NCBI GenBank assembly: GCA_041743855.1
Contig: JBGTLX010000071.1
Location: 1 to 42,253 of the forward strand
Source of the DNA: Rhizobiaceae bacterium
GTDB taxonomy: Bacteria > Pseudomonadota > Alphaproteobacteria > Rhizobiales > Rhizobiaceae
DNA: 42,253 nt
Reading direction: 5' to 3'
In this document: one piece after another, positions 26,830-36,751 of the stretch
Numbering within the stretch: the stretch's first letter is position 1
Layout of the letters: every line of letters starts with the position of its first letter
Notes under the pieces: generated by a model
The model's database searches: none
What the model was told of the DNA's origin: nothing
What the model saw: the letters and a program-made list of their open reading frames with translations, nothing else
Position numbers and translations under genes: made by a program

Positions 26830-27290
26830 AGGATCTGGGAATACAGCATGCGCTCAATCGATTCATGAAGCCCGGTTCCGATGTTTTCATCGATCTTTCG
26901 GTCGGTACGCCATCCGAACTGGAGCAGCAGGTTGCCGATGGCGGCCGCGACATCGTCATTGGGCCGTTTTCGCAGAAGGCGCCGGGCGTCGTGTACCGAA
27001 ACTATTGCGATGAACCGCACCTCCTCTATTGCGGCCGGCAACACCCGTTATTTACCGTGCCTGAAGCGCGGATTGACCAGGACGCCATCGAAGCCGCGCG
27101 GTTTTCAGTGCGCAGCTACCGCCACTTCGACGATCTCTATCTCGTGGGAGACCCCAGGGCGAGCGCGTCGGTGGTCCATATGGAAGCACAATTGATGCTG
27201 ATCCTGTCGGGCAATTTCATCGGTTTCCTGCCATGTCACTTTGCCCTGCCCTGGATCAAAGCCAGTGAAATGCGGGCAATCAAGCCATGA
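26830..27290 (+). pseudogene. LysR-family regulator fragment (substrate-binding domain only), fused in frame to the IS481 fragment
   Basis: FIDLSVGTPSELEQQVADGGRDIVIGPF...LLYCGRQHPLF...GNFIGFLPCHFALPWIKASEMRAI has the LysR_substrate pattern. No wHTH is present. It is part of the single 229-aa ORF 26601..27290. Confidence 0.55.
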
Positions 27291-27407
27291 TGCACAAGGT
27301 CGCATACCGCAAGGCCGATGCCGGACGTTTGCTTGTTCAAGCATTTTTGAAAACACTGCTTGACTTCAGGCCAGCGGGCAGGAGCAGCAAGATTGGTGAA
27401 TGACCCC

Positions 27408-28022
27408 TCACACCGAGATTGCGTCCAACAGCACGCGGTTTTGCCGCCGGATCGCGGCGCGCAACTCGTTGATCGTCGCGTCAGCCTGCTTCACGAATTC
27501 GATGAACATCATGTTCATATTGTTGAAGACGAGTTCGCCCAGCGCCCGCCCGTCGGCGTCGGCGCTGACGTGGCGCAGATCCTGCAGGCGAACGATGAGC
27601 GCGCAGATCTGGTCGGTCAATGCGCGGTCGAGCGCCGTATAAGTCCGGCCGAACGGGCTTTCCGGCTGTTGCATGGAGATCGCCATGGCTTGGCGCCACA
27701 TCTCCTTGCTGAGATAGATAAGCGAGTGCTCGACATAGATGCCGATCAGCGTGTCGATTGCGTCGCCGACATTCGTCGGCGGGTTGGCGACGACGCCGCG
27801 GCCGGCACGCAGCACCGCGTTCACCTCCATCGAGACGATGGCGACCAGTATGTCGCCCTTGTTCTGGTAGTAGTTGTAGATCGTTCCGACCGAGACCTCG
27901 GCCTGCGCCGCGATCGCCTCGATCTTCGAGCCCTCGTAGCCCGCCTCCCGGAACAGCTCTGCCGACGCTTCCAGGATGCGCTGGTGACGATCCGCCTTGT
28001 GCTTGGCCCGCAATCCGCTCAT
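27408..28022 (-). CDS. TetR/AcrR-family transcriptional regulator
   Basis: 204 aa. The N-terminal HTH is RILEASAELFREAGYEGSKIEAIAAQAEVSVGTIYNYYQNKGDIL. It is divergent from the ABC importer. Confidence 0.88.
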   Translation of the reverse strand: MSGLRAKHKADRHQRILEASAELFREAGYEGSKIEAIAAQAEVSVGTIYNYYQNKGDILVAIVSMEVNAVLRAGRGVVANPPTNVGDAIDTLIGIYVEHSLIYLSKEMWRQAMAISMQQPESPFGRTYTALDRALTDQICALIVRLQDLRHVSADADGRALGELVFNNMNMMFIEFVKQADATINELRAAIRRQNRVLLDAISV

Positions 28023-28111
28023 TCGCGATACCTGCCACGAAATCGGAATTGACTCAAATTTGGAATTGGTTCAGTTTTTCGGATGAGTCATCACGGCAGG
28101 GAGAATAAGCA

Positions 28112-29194
28112 ATGTCGATCAATCCCGTTTCCGTCCTGAAGAGCCGGGCACGGGCTGTCGCGGCAGCGACAGCGCTCGTCTCCGTGCTCGCCGGCGCCGG
28201 CGCGGTTTCGGCGCAGGAGCTGAATGCGCTGATCTGGTGCGACCACGCCGATCCGGCATTGCTCCAACCATTCGAAGAGGCCAACGGCGCCAAGGTCAAC
28301 ATCAAGGAGTTCGAGGGCACCGGGGCCGGCCTCGCCATCGTCGAGCAGTCGCAGCCTGGCGACTGGGACGTCATGGTCATCGATTCGATCGACGTGCGGC
28401 GCGGCGTCGAGAAAGGCCTGTTCGAGGCGCTCCCGGAAGACCAGTTGCCCTTTGCCGACCTGTTTTCCGAGGTGAAGATGGACGGCGCGACCGTGGTCGA
28501 CGGCAAGCGCTACGGCATCACCGAGAAATTCGGCTACAACACGATCGGCTTCAACAACGCCAAGGTCGATCCGGCCGACATGCAGTCGCTGGCTTCACTT
28601 ACCGATCCGAAGCTTAAGGGCCGCATCGCCATCTACGACTATTACCTCCCCGTCATCGGCATGGCAGCGCTTTCCATCGGCAAGAAGACGGCCGAACTCA
28701 CCGAGGCCGACCTTCCGGCCCTGAAGGAGGTGCTTTTAAAGATGAAGGCCAACTCGAAGCTCGTGGGCGATGTCGTCGCCAGCCAGACGGCGCTGGCCAC
28801 CGGCGAGGTGGATGTTCTGGTCGGCGGTGGCGAGTGGGTCACGGCGGGTCTTGCGAAGGAGAACCCTGCGCTCGATTTCTCGATTCCGGCGGAAGGCGCG
28901 GTGCTATGGTCGCAGTCGCTGGCCATGTTCAAGGATTCCAAGAACAAGGAGCTTGCGCTCAAGTTCATCCAGTATGTGATGAGCCCCGACGGCCAGGCGC
29001 GCCTTGCCACCTCATCCTGCTACTGGGGCATGCCGGCCAGCACCAAGGCGGCGCTGACCGACGAGCAGAAGAAGACGCTGCGCTTCGACGAGCAGCCCGC
29101 CTTCCTCGCGCGCGCCCAGCCCTACCCCTCGCCCGACGCCGACCTCGACAAGAAAATGCAGGATCTCTGGACAGAAATGCTGCAGGCGCAGTGA
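28112..29194 (+). CDS. ABC transporter periplasmic substrate-binding protein (PotD/PotF-like)
   Basis: Sec signal MSINPVSVLKSRARAVAAATALVSVLAGAGAVSAQE, 360 aa, GGGAGAA SD. Confidence 0.82.
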   Translation: MSINPVSVLKSRARAVAAATALVSVLAGAGAVSAQELNALIWCDHADPALLQPFEEANGAKVNIKEFEGTGAGLAIVEQSQPGDWDVMVIDSIDVRRGVEKGLFEALPEDQLPFADLFSEVKMDGATVVDGKRYGITEKFGYNTIGFNNAKVDPADMQSLASLTDPKLKGRIAIYDYYLPVIGMAALSIGKKTAELTEADLPALKEVLLKMKANSKLVGDVVASQTALATGEVDVLVGGGEWVTAGLAKENPALDFSIPAEGAVLWSQSLAMFKDSKNKELALKFIQYVMSPDGQARLATSSCYWGMPASTKAALTDEQKKTLRFDEQPAFLARAQPYPSPDADLDKKMQDLWTEMLQAQ

Positions 29195-30042
29195 GCGCTG
29201 GCGTAAGCGCGATTTCCAACCGCGCGCTTCCCTGGGCGCTGGTGACGCCGGCGCTCGGCTGGACCCTGCTGTTCTTCGCGCTTCCCTTCGTCGGCATGGG
29301 GTTCCTCAGCCTCACATCGCTCGATGGCGATGGCCTAAGCCTGGACAATTACGCGCAGTTCTTCGCCAACCCGTCCTACCGCCAGGCGCTGGTCAATTCG
29401 CTGGAAGTGACCGCAAGCGTCACGATCGTGTCGGTCCTGCTCGCCTATCCCTTCGCCTGGATTTTGGCCGAGCAGATTCCGCTGCGCTACCAGCGCGCAG
29501 CGCTTCTACTTGCGGTGCTCCCGTTCTGGACATCTTATGTCGTGCGTTCCTATTCATGGCTTCTGGTGCTGGCTCAGAACGGCGTGGTCAACCGAGCGCT
29601 GATGGGATCCGGGCTTGTCACCGAACCCATGCAACTCGCCAACACCCGGTTTGCCACCGTCACCGGCTTCGTACATTTCTTCATCATGCTTTTGACGCTG
29701 ACGATCTTCGCCAATCTGAAGCAACTCGGTCCGAGTTACCGCAAGGCCGCCGCCGACCTTGGCGCGGGGCCGGTACGGACTTTCCTGCATGTCGTGCTGC
29801 CGCTGACGCTGCCCGGCATCATGGTGGGCGCATTCCTCACCTTCGTTCTGGCGATCGGCGATTACATTACGCCGCAGATCCTCGGCGGCAACAATGAGTT
29901 GCTGATGCCGCAACTGATCATGATGCAGATCGGGCGGCGCGGCGACCTGCCGCTCGCCTCCTCGCTTTCGATCATCCTGATGGCGGTGGTCACCATCGCC
30001 TATCTCGCCTGCGCGCGCTGGCTGAAGATCGAGCGGACCTGA
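29191..30042 (+). CDS. ABC transporter permease
   Basis: The GTG start overlaps the SBP stop (GTGA). It is hydrophobic with EAA-type loop LGPSYRKAAADLGAGPVRTF. The long upstream ORF extension (from 28834) was rejected. Confidence 0.82.
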   Translation: MSAGVSAISNRALPWALVTPALGWTLLFFALPFVGMGFLSLTSLDGDGLSLDNYAQFFANPSYRQALVNSLEVTASVTIVSVLLAYPFAWILAEQIPLRYQRAALLLAVLPFWTSYVVRSYSWLLVLAQNGVVNRALMGSGLVTEPMQLANTRFATVTGFVHFFIMLLTLTIFANLKQLGPSYRKAAADLGAGPVRTFLHVVLPLTLPGIMVGAFLTFVLAIGDYITPQILGGNNELLMPQLIMMQIGRRGDLPLASSLSIILMAVVTIAYLACARWLKIERT

Positions 30043-30043
30043 C

Positions 30044-30826
30044 ATGCGCCGCACCATGAAAATCCTGTCGGCTCTCTATGCCGTGCTGATCTACGGCTTC
30101 ATCTTTCTCCCCGTAGTCGTGCTCGTGCTGTTTTCGCTGCAGGCGACGTCCTTTCCGATACCGCCCTTCACCGGTCCATCGACGCGCTGGTACGAGGCCG
30201 TGCTATCGGACGCGCGCCTGACTTCGGCGCTCGGCAATTCGCTTGTAGTCGCAGCGCTGTCGTCGCTTGCAGCCGTCTTGCTCGGCTTTCTGGCGGCATG
30301 GGGCTTTGCGCGGTTCCATCTGCCGCGCGCCGCTTGGCTGCGCGGCCTGATCACCCTGCCCCTGACTGTCAGCTATCTCATCATCGGCATGGGGTTGCTT
30401 GTCGCCTTCAACTGGGCCGGCATTCCCAAATCGCTCCTTTCGGCCGGCATCGGCCATGTCGTCATCAACCTTCCGCTCTGCTTCGCCATCATCTACAGCC
30501 AGATGGGCGACCACCAGATCGGCATCGAGCGGGCGGCGCGCGATCTCGGCGCGCCGGAATGGAAAGTGCTGATGCTGATCACCGCGCCGGTGATGGCCCC
30601 GGCGATCTTCGCAGCCTTCTTCCTTTCGATGACCTTCTCCTGGGACGAATTCGTGATCGCCTTTCTGCTGACCCGCTTCGACACCACCCTGCCGGTCGAG
30701 ATCTGGAACCTCATGCGCTCCGGCCTCAATCCGAAGACGAACGCGGTCGGCTCGCTCGTCTTTGCGGTCTCGATCCTCGTCGTTGTCGCCCTCGAAATCG
30801 CGCTTCTGCGCCGAAGGCATCCATGA
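30044..30826 (+). CDS. ABC transporter permease
   Basis: 260 aa, hydrophobic, with EAA-type loop IGIERAARDLGAPEWKV. Confidence 0.85.
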   Translation: MRRTMKILSALYAVLIYGFIFLPVVVLVLFSLQATSFPIPPFTGPSTRWYEAVLSDARLTSALGNSLVVAALSSLAAVLLGFLAAWGFARFHLPRAAWLRGLITLPLTVSYLIIGMGLLVAFNWAGIPKSLLSAGIGHVVINLPLCFAIIYSQMGDHQIGIERAARDLGAPEWKVLMLITAPVMAPAIFAAFFLSMTFSWDEFVIAFLLTRFDTTLPVEIWNLMRSGLNPKTNAVGSLVFAVSILVVVALEIALLRRRHP

Positions 30827-31890
30827 CCGCGCCGCTGGTCGAGGTACGCGCCGTCTCGCATCGGTTCGGACAGCAGACGGTCCTGAAGACCGTCTCGCTC
30901 AGCATCGATCCCGGCAGCTACACCGTTCTGCTCGGACCATCGGGCTCCGGCAAGACCACCTTGCTGTCGATACTGGGCGGTTTTGTCGTGCCGTCGGAAG
31001 GACGGGTGTTCATCCGCGGCGAGGATTGCACCGCGCTTTCGCCGGTCAGGCGCCCGACCACGACCGTCTTCCAGGACTACGCGCTGTTTCCGCATATGAG
31101 CGTCGGCGCCAATGTCGGCTTCGGCCTCAGGATGCGGGGCGTTGGCGCGTCCGAACGCGACGGACGCGCCCGCGACGCGCTTTCGCTGGTCGGCCTTGCA
31201 GACGCCTTCGACAAAAAGCCGCATCAACTGTCCGGCGGCCAGCGGCAGCGCGTGGCGCTAGCGCGTGCGTTGGTCGTCGAGCCGGCCGTGCTCCTTCTCG
31301 ACGAACCGCTGGGCGCGCTCGACCTGAAGCTGAGGCGGCAGATGCAGGACGAGCTGAAAGCCATCCAGCAACGCGTCGGCACAGCCTTCATCCATGTCAC
31401 GCACGACCAGGAGGAGGCTATGGCGCTAGCCGATCATTGCGTGGTGATGAACGAGGGCCGGATCGAGGACGAAGGTCCGCCTGAGCGGGTTTACGCGCTG
31501 CCGGCGACGCGCTTCACGGCGACTTTCATGGGCGAGAGCACGCTCCTGACCGGGCGCGTCGAAAATGCGGCGGACGGTTCTCTCGTGATGGCGACCGGCC
31601 TCGGCAGGATTGCGGTGTCAGGCAAAGCCACGCCGGGATCAGACATTGCCCTTGCGATCCGACCCGAAAACCTGACGCTTGGCACGCCGGTTTGTGGAAC
31701 GGACCTGGGGGAGGCGCAGGTTACCGACATCGTGTTCCAAGGAAGCTTCAAACGGGTTGTGGCAATTTCGACCGTCGATCCCGCGATCCGCTTCATCGTG
31801 AAACTTGCCGCCGATACCACGGTTCATCGCTTCGACCGCGTTTTCGTCTCCTGCCGCCCCGACAACCTCGTGCTGCTGGCCCAACCATGA
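30823..31890 (+). CDS. ABC transporter ATP-binding protein
   Basis: The ATG at 30823 overlaps the permease stop (ATGA). Walker A GPSGSGKTT, signature LSGGQRQRVALARA and Walker B LLLDEPLGALD. The upstream ORF extension (from 30298) was rejected. Confidence 0.9.
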   Translation: MTAPLVEVRAVSHRFGQQTVLKTVSLSIDPGSYTVLLGPSGSGKTTLLSILGGFVVPSEGRVFIRGEDCTALSPVRRPTTTVFQDYALFPHMSVGANVGFGLRMRGVGASERDGRARDALSLVGLADAFDKKPHQLSGGQRQRVALARALVVEPAVLLLDEPLGALDLKLRRQMQDELKAIQQRVGTAFIHVTHDQEEAMALADHCVVMNEGRIEDEGPPERVYALPATRFTATFMGESTLLTGRVENAADGSLVMATGLGRIAVSGKATPGSDIALAIRPENLTLGTPVCGTDLGEAQVTDIVFQGSFKRVVAISTVDPAIRFIVKLAADTTVHRFDRVFVSCRPDNLVLLAQP

Positions 31891-32636
31891 GCGCGCTTGC
31901 CGTCATCGACGACCAGCACTGGTACGAAACGATCCGCTTTGGCGACGGCGTGACGCTGATCCACGAACCATGGATCAAGCCGTTCTTCCGCTGCAACATC
32001 TGGCATGTGCGCGGGCGCGACCAAGATCTCCTGTTCGACAGCGGCCTTGGCCATGTCAGCCTTCGCGCCCATGTGCCCCTGGTCAGCGAACGCAGGCTCG
32101 TCTGCGTGGCGAGCCACACCCATTTCGACCACATCGGCTGCCATCACGAGTTTCCGGAGCGCGGCGTTCACAAAGCCGAGGCCGAGATTCTGGCCGATCC
32201 ACGCAACGAATGGACCTGCGCCGATCGCTACGCCAACGATGCCATGTTCAACGCGTTGCCTACGGGCTGGAGCGCCTCGAAATACCGGATTCTGCCCGCG
32301 CGGGCTGGTCGCGTCCTCGAGCATGGCGATGTCGTCGATCTCGGCGACCGGGCGTTCGAGGTCATCCACACGCCAGGCCACTCACCGGGCGGCATCGCGC
32401 TGTTCGAACACAGGAGAGGTATCCTTCTCTCCGGCGATATCGTCTATGACGGGCCGCTGATAGACGATGCGTACCACTCGGACGTCGGCGACTATTTGGC
32501 GACCCTCGACAGAATGCGCGACTTGAAGATCTCGGTCGTGCATGGAGGTCACTTCCCGAGTTTCGGCACAACCCGCTACCACCAGGTCATCGACGAATAT
32601 CTGGCCCTTAAGCGCAAGCCTGGCTGCCATCTGTAG
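31887..32636 (+). CDS. MBL-fold metallo-hydrolase
   Basis: The ATG at 31887 overlaps the ATPase stop (ATGA). HxHxDH motif SHTHFDHIGCH, followed by HTPGHSPGG and VVHGGH ligand contexts. Length 249 aa. Confidence 0.82.
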   Translation: MSALAVIDDQHWYETIRFGDGVTLIHEPWIKPFFRCNIWHVRGRDQDLLFDSGLGHVSLRAHVPLVSERRLVCVASHTHFDHIGCHHEFPERGVHKAEAEILADPRNEWTCADRYANDAMFNALPTGWSASKYRILPARAGRVLEHGDVVDLGDRAFEVIHTPGHSPGGIALFEHRRGILLSGDIVYDGPLIDDAYHSDVGDYLATLDRMRDLKISVVHGGHFPSFGTTRYHQVIDEYLALKRKPGCHL

Positions 32637-32861
32637 AGTCGCCTGGCACCGCTGGTTCAGCCAGTCCAAGTTCGCCGTGATGAACGTCTATTGTGGGCAA
32701 TGCCCCGGATGAAGCGACGAGGCTTATCGAAAACTTATCGCTTCGCCTTTTGCACAATCACCGTTCGGGCATCTACGAACTCCCGTATCCCCTGCAGCGT
32801 GGTACGAGGAAATCTTCGTATTGCGATCGGGCATGATAAATTCCGATCATACATCGCGTGC

Positions 32862-33356
32862 CTATTCCCCGTAAGGCACCCAGATGTTCTTTACCTGCGT
32901 TGCCCGGCGTAAATATTCGCGGCCCTGATTGTCATCGGATATCCAGTCGCGAGCACCACCGTTCCAGACAGGCTTGAGGTTGCCGGCGGACAGCTTGTCG
33001 ACCAGCGCTGCATCGCTTGCTGAGCCGAAGTTCCACAGCGCCGCGACCTCGTCGTGCTCGGCGAGTGTTTTGACGAGGCTCGCGGTCTCCCCGTTAATGA
33101 TGCTGGCCACGCCGGCAGGAACGTCGCTGGTGTCGAGTATCTGGTAGAAGTCGGTCGCCGCCAGGGGATAACGGCCCGACGGAACGGCAACGACGCGATT
33201 GCCAACGGCCAGCACGGCATCACTAGCGAGACGAAGCCGAGAAGCGGCGCTTCGTCCGGGCAGACAAGGCCGACAATTCCAAAGGGTGACATGTCGCGAC
33301 TTGGTCGAGTGCACGGCGCCGTCGTGCTTGTCGGCAAAGCCCGCGTAGAAGAAGGG
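32862..33356 (-). pseudogene. aldehyde dehydrogenase-family 3' remnant, truncated by ISL3 copy A and internally frameshifted
   Basis: Blocks FFYAGFADKHDGAVH...HVTL (frame X), PFGIVGLVCPDEAPLLGFVSLVMP (frame Y), and LAVGNRVVAVPSGRYPLAATDFYQILDTSDVPAGVASIINGE...NQGREYLRRATQVKNIWVPYGE (frame X again). The N-terminal majority of the gene is absent. Confidence 0.65.
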
Positions 33357-35107
33357 GGTCTTCCTCAATTTGCGTGGTTCATTCGCTGTTAGAGACGATG
33401 CCGCTATGCACGGCCATGCGAACAAAAACGAAATGGTCACCCGGCCCAGGGGTTAAAATACTGGGTGTCGCGCTCACTGATGATGACAGTTGGGTTGTTT
33501 CCGCTGCTGGACCAGCGTTCGGCATCTGCCCGGATTGAGGAAAGCGGACTCGAAATCGGCATTGCTGGTTCAACCGCAGCCTTCAGGATCTCCCGGTGCA
33601 GGGCAAAACCGTGACGGTGAAGATCCGGCTGAGCCGCTGGCGGTGTACCCAAGAGAAATGTCACCGACAAACGTTCGCCGACCGGCTACCGACGGTCGCT
33701 TCTCCTTTGCGCGTCGGACAAGGAGGGTCGCGGAGATTGTCGGTCTGCTCGGCCATAGCATGGGCGGCCGTCCTGGCGAACGCTTGATGGGGCGGCTCGG
33801 CATGCCGGTCAGCGATGACACTATCCTGCGGCAGCTGAAGCGAGCTGCCACGGTCGCTCACCTCAACTCCCCGGTTCGGGTTGTTGGCATCGATGACTGG
33901 AGCTGGCGGCGATCATGGCGCTACGGCACGATGATCGTGGACCTGGAGCGCCGTTCGGTAGTCGATCTCCTTGAGCACCGCAGCGTGGCGAGTACGGTGC
34001 AATGGCTGGAGCAGCACCCTTCCATTGACATCGTGAGCCGAGACCGATGTGGGATCTATGCGCAAGCTGCTCGCGAGGGCGCGCCGCAAGCGCTCCAAGT
34101 GGCTGATCGGTTCCATCTCGTTCAGAATCTTCGGAGCGCAATCGAGGAGCAAATGAGCCTTTCCGGACGTGCCACAGGGCGGCGGGCATTGTTGCCGGAT
34201 AATAGTACCGGGAGCGAGCAAGACGATCTGACCCAAGATTATCCGCACGTTGAAGCAAAACACAGGCGCCAGGTGCGCCATGCTCATCGACAATCGCGGC
34301 AGGCGGTGTTCGAGATGGTTCACTCGTTGCGCAAGGAAGGGCTGTCCTGTTCCGAGATCGCCCATCGTACCGGCTACGGTCGACGCAGCATCGCGAAATG
34401 GCTGACTTTCGACAAGCCACCCGACCGACACAGGGCGGCGTTGAAGCCGACTTCACCCTTATATTTCGAGGCGTTTCTCACCAGTGCTGGACAGATGGCA
34501 ATCGCTGCGGCCGACACCTGTCCACGATATCAAACAGCGCGGCTACATAGGCAGCTTCTCGAATCTCGAGCGACTGCTGGCAAGCTGGCGCCACGCCGAG
34601 AGGTCAGACAAGGACCGTGCGTTGCCAGTTCCGATCATACACCATCAACCAGCCGGCGATGCTATCCCGATACGCGATCCGGAGACCGGTCATGTGATTT
34701 CGCCGGTAGTCGCCGCAGCCCTCTGCATGAAGCCGCGAGGCATGCTGACGATCAATCAGGCGAGGAAGGTTGATGCTCTGAAGCAAGGGTCGCATGAATT
34801 TGTCGTGATGCGCAGCCTGGGCATGCGCTTCCGCGGCATTTTGCGGAGTCGTGACTTGAGTAAGCTCGACATTTGGATCGATGATGCCGTCAACTCCGGG
34901 CTCGTTGCCATCGTGCGTTTCGCGCGGGTCTTACGCCGTGACATTGACGCCGTTCGCAATGCCATTCAATTGCCGTGGAGTAACGGCCAGGCAGAAGGGC
35001 AGATCAACCGTCTGAAGACGATCAAGCGCGCTATGTTCGGCAGAGCAGGCCTCGAACTCCTCAGAGCCCGCATGTTACCACTCAACCACGCAAATTGAGG
35101 AAGACCC
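33356..35107 (+). mobile_element. ISL3-family IS, copy A: full length with both ends, transposase inactivated
   Basis: Perfect 24-bp terminal inverted repeats GGGTCTTCCTCAATTTGCGTGGTT (33356-33379, reverse complement at 35084-35107). Transposase blocks are RWRCTQEKCHRQTF, VVGIDDWSWRR, ADRFHLVQNL and WSNGQAEGQINRLKTIKRAMFGRAGLELLRARMLPL. It is disrupted by an in-frame TGA (CPD*) near 33536 and frameshifts near 33700 and 34490. Confidence 0.85.
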
Positions 35108-36490
35108 GATCGGAGTCGATCGCATCGTCAATCCACGCATCCAGTGGTGCCGATCTCTTGCCGCGAAGGATGCCGTTGAAGCGCATCGCCAGGCGTCGCA
35201 TCTCGGCGAAAGCGTGAGATCCCTGCTTCAGGGCATCGACCTTCCTTGCCTGCCGGTCTGTCAACAGGCCTCGCGGCTTGATGCACAGCGCTGCGGCAAC
35301 CACTGGCGAGATCGCATGACCGGTTTCCGGATCTCGAACCGGCTCCGACTTCCACGTGTCGGGCGACACATCAACGGCCTGCTCTCTTTCGACCCGCCGC
35401 CAAGCCCCGAGAAGCCGCTCCAGATTGGCGAAACTGCCGGTTTAGCCTCGCTGTTTGACGTCATGAAACAGCTGCCGTCCGCAGCGGTTACCATCCTTCC
35501 AACATTATACCATGGCGATGTGGGATTCAGCGCTGCTCGCCGCCTGTCTGGCGGAGCCTTGAACTTGAGCCAATTCGCTACGCTACGACGTTTCATAGCC
35601 GGTCCGCCGGGCGATTTCGCTGTAGGACAGACCCTCCGCGCGCAAAGCGTGGATCTTTTCGAATATCTCCCGGCGAGATTGCCTATGTGCTAGAAGGGCG
35701 CGCCGGCGATGTGTGGCAGCGTCAACAATCGCGTCTTCCGACAGGATGGCCCTGCCAGTGGCACGTCCAGAAAGGCTCATCTGTTCTTCGATTGCCGAGC
35801 GAAGGTTCTGGATCAGATGAAACCGATCGGCTACCTGCCGGGCCTGCGGTGCGCCTTCACGGACGGCCTGCGCATAGAGACCACAGCGGTCCCGGCTGAC
35901 GACCTCGACGGAAGGGTGGTCACGCAGCCACTTGGCCGCACTCTCGACGCTGCGATCGTTCAGTATGTCGACAACCGAGCGACGCTCGAGATCAATCATG
36001 ATGGTCCCATAGTTTGTCGCACGCCGCCAACTCCAGTCATCGATGCCAACCACCCGGACCTCCGAATTGCGGTGAGTAACGGCCGCATCCCGCTTCAACT
36101 GCCGCAGGATGGTGTCGTCGCTGATCGGCATGCCGAGCCGTTGCATCAAGCGTTCGCCAGGACGGCCGCCCGTGCTGTGGCCCAGCAATCCGACAATCTC
36201 AACAACCCTCGTCGTCCGGCGCGCATACGGAGCAGCGGCTTGCCCTGGACCGGCAGATCCTGGAGGCTACGGCTGGACCAACCGTGCCGATTTCGGCTTT
36301 GCCGTCGACAATCGGGACAAATGCCGATCGCAGACCCGGCGGCGGAAACAACCCAGCCGTCATCAACGGTGAGCGCGACACCCAGTATCTTGACCCCTGG
36401 GCCAGGCGACCATTTCGTTTTCGTTCGCATGCCCGCCAATAGCGACCCGTCGCTAATGGCGAATGAACCACACAAAGTGAGGAAGAACCC
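35108..36490 (-). mobile_element. ISL3-family IS, copy B: 3'-truncated and degenerate
   Basis: Left-end repeat GGGTTCTTCCTCACTTTGTGTGGTT (reverse complement of 36466-36490). The N-terminus ILGVALTVDDGWVVSAAGSAIGICPDCRRQSRNRHGW is intact. There is a ~30-codon internal deletion after LPVQGKP, further frameshifts and a stop. Homology ends abruptly at WIDDAIDSD, exactly where copy A ends, so about 210 bp and the right repeat are missing. Confidence 0.8.
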
Positions 36491-36751
36491 CAAATCCGGC
36501 GATCGGCCAAAATCCTAGCCCGTGGGTGGTCGACTTCCAGAGCCGCTTACTTTGCTCCGAAAATACGTTTGGTCCAAGTTCAAATTTTATGTCCAGCATC
36601 TCCTTTGACGGAGACCCGTTGCAGGCTTTTAACATCTGGAGGTATTGAGAAATGGGCCAGATTGTAGTGCCTTTGATCTCCGGCCTGCAACATTGGTGCT
36701 GCGACGATGTTCGCGCTAGTATTAGAAGAGCGATGCGGGTCATAACGCTCG

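Noticed and set aside
32637-32861. 225-bp spacer between the MBL hydrolase and the ALDH remnant, checked for small ORFs, tRNA-like or terminator structures
   Set aside because: Only weak, short stems (for example TACGAGG/CTTCGTA) were found, with no cloverleaf-compatible arrangement. Nothing is supportable.
36453-36743. 96-aa minus-strand ORF in the leader region upstream of the cyclase gene
   Set aside because: It runs into the terminal repeat of ISL3 copy B and has atypical composition, no SD and no recognisable family. It is probably a chance ORF in an AT-richer spacer.
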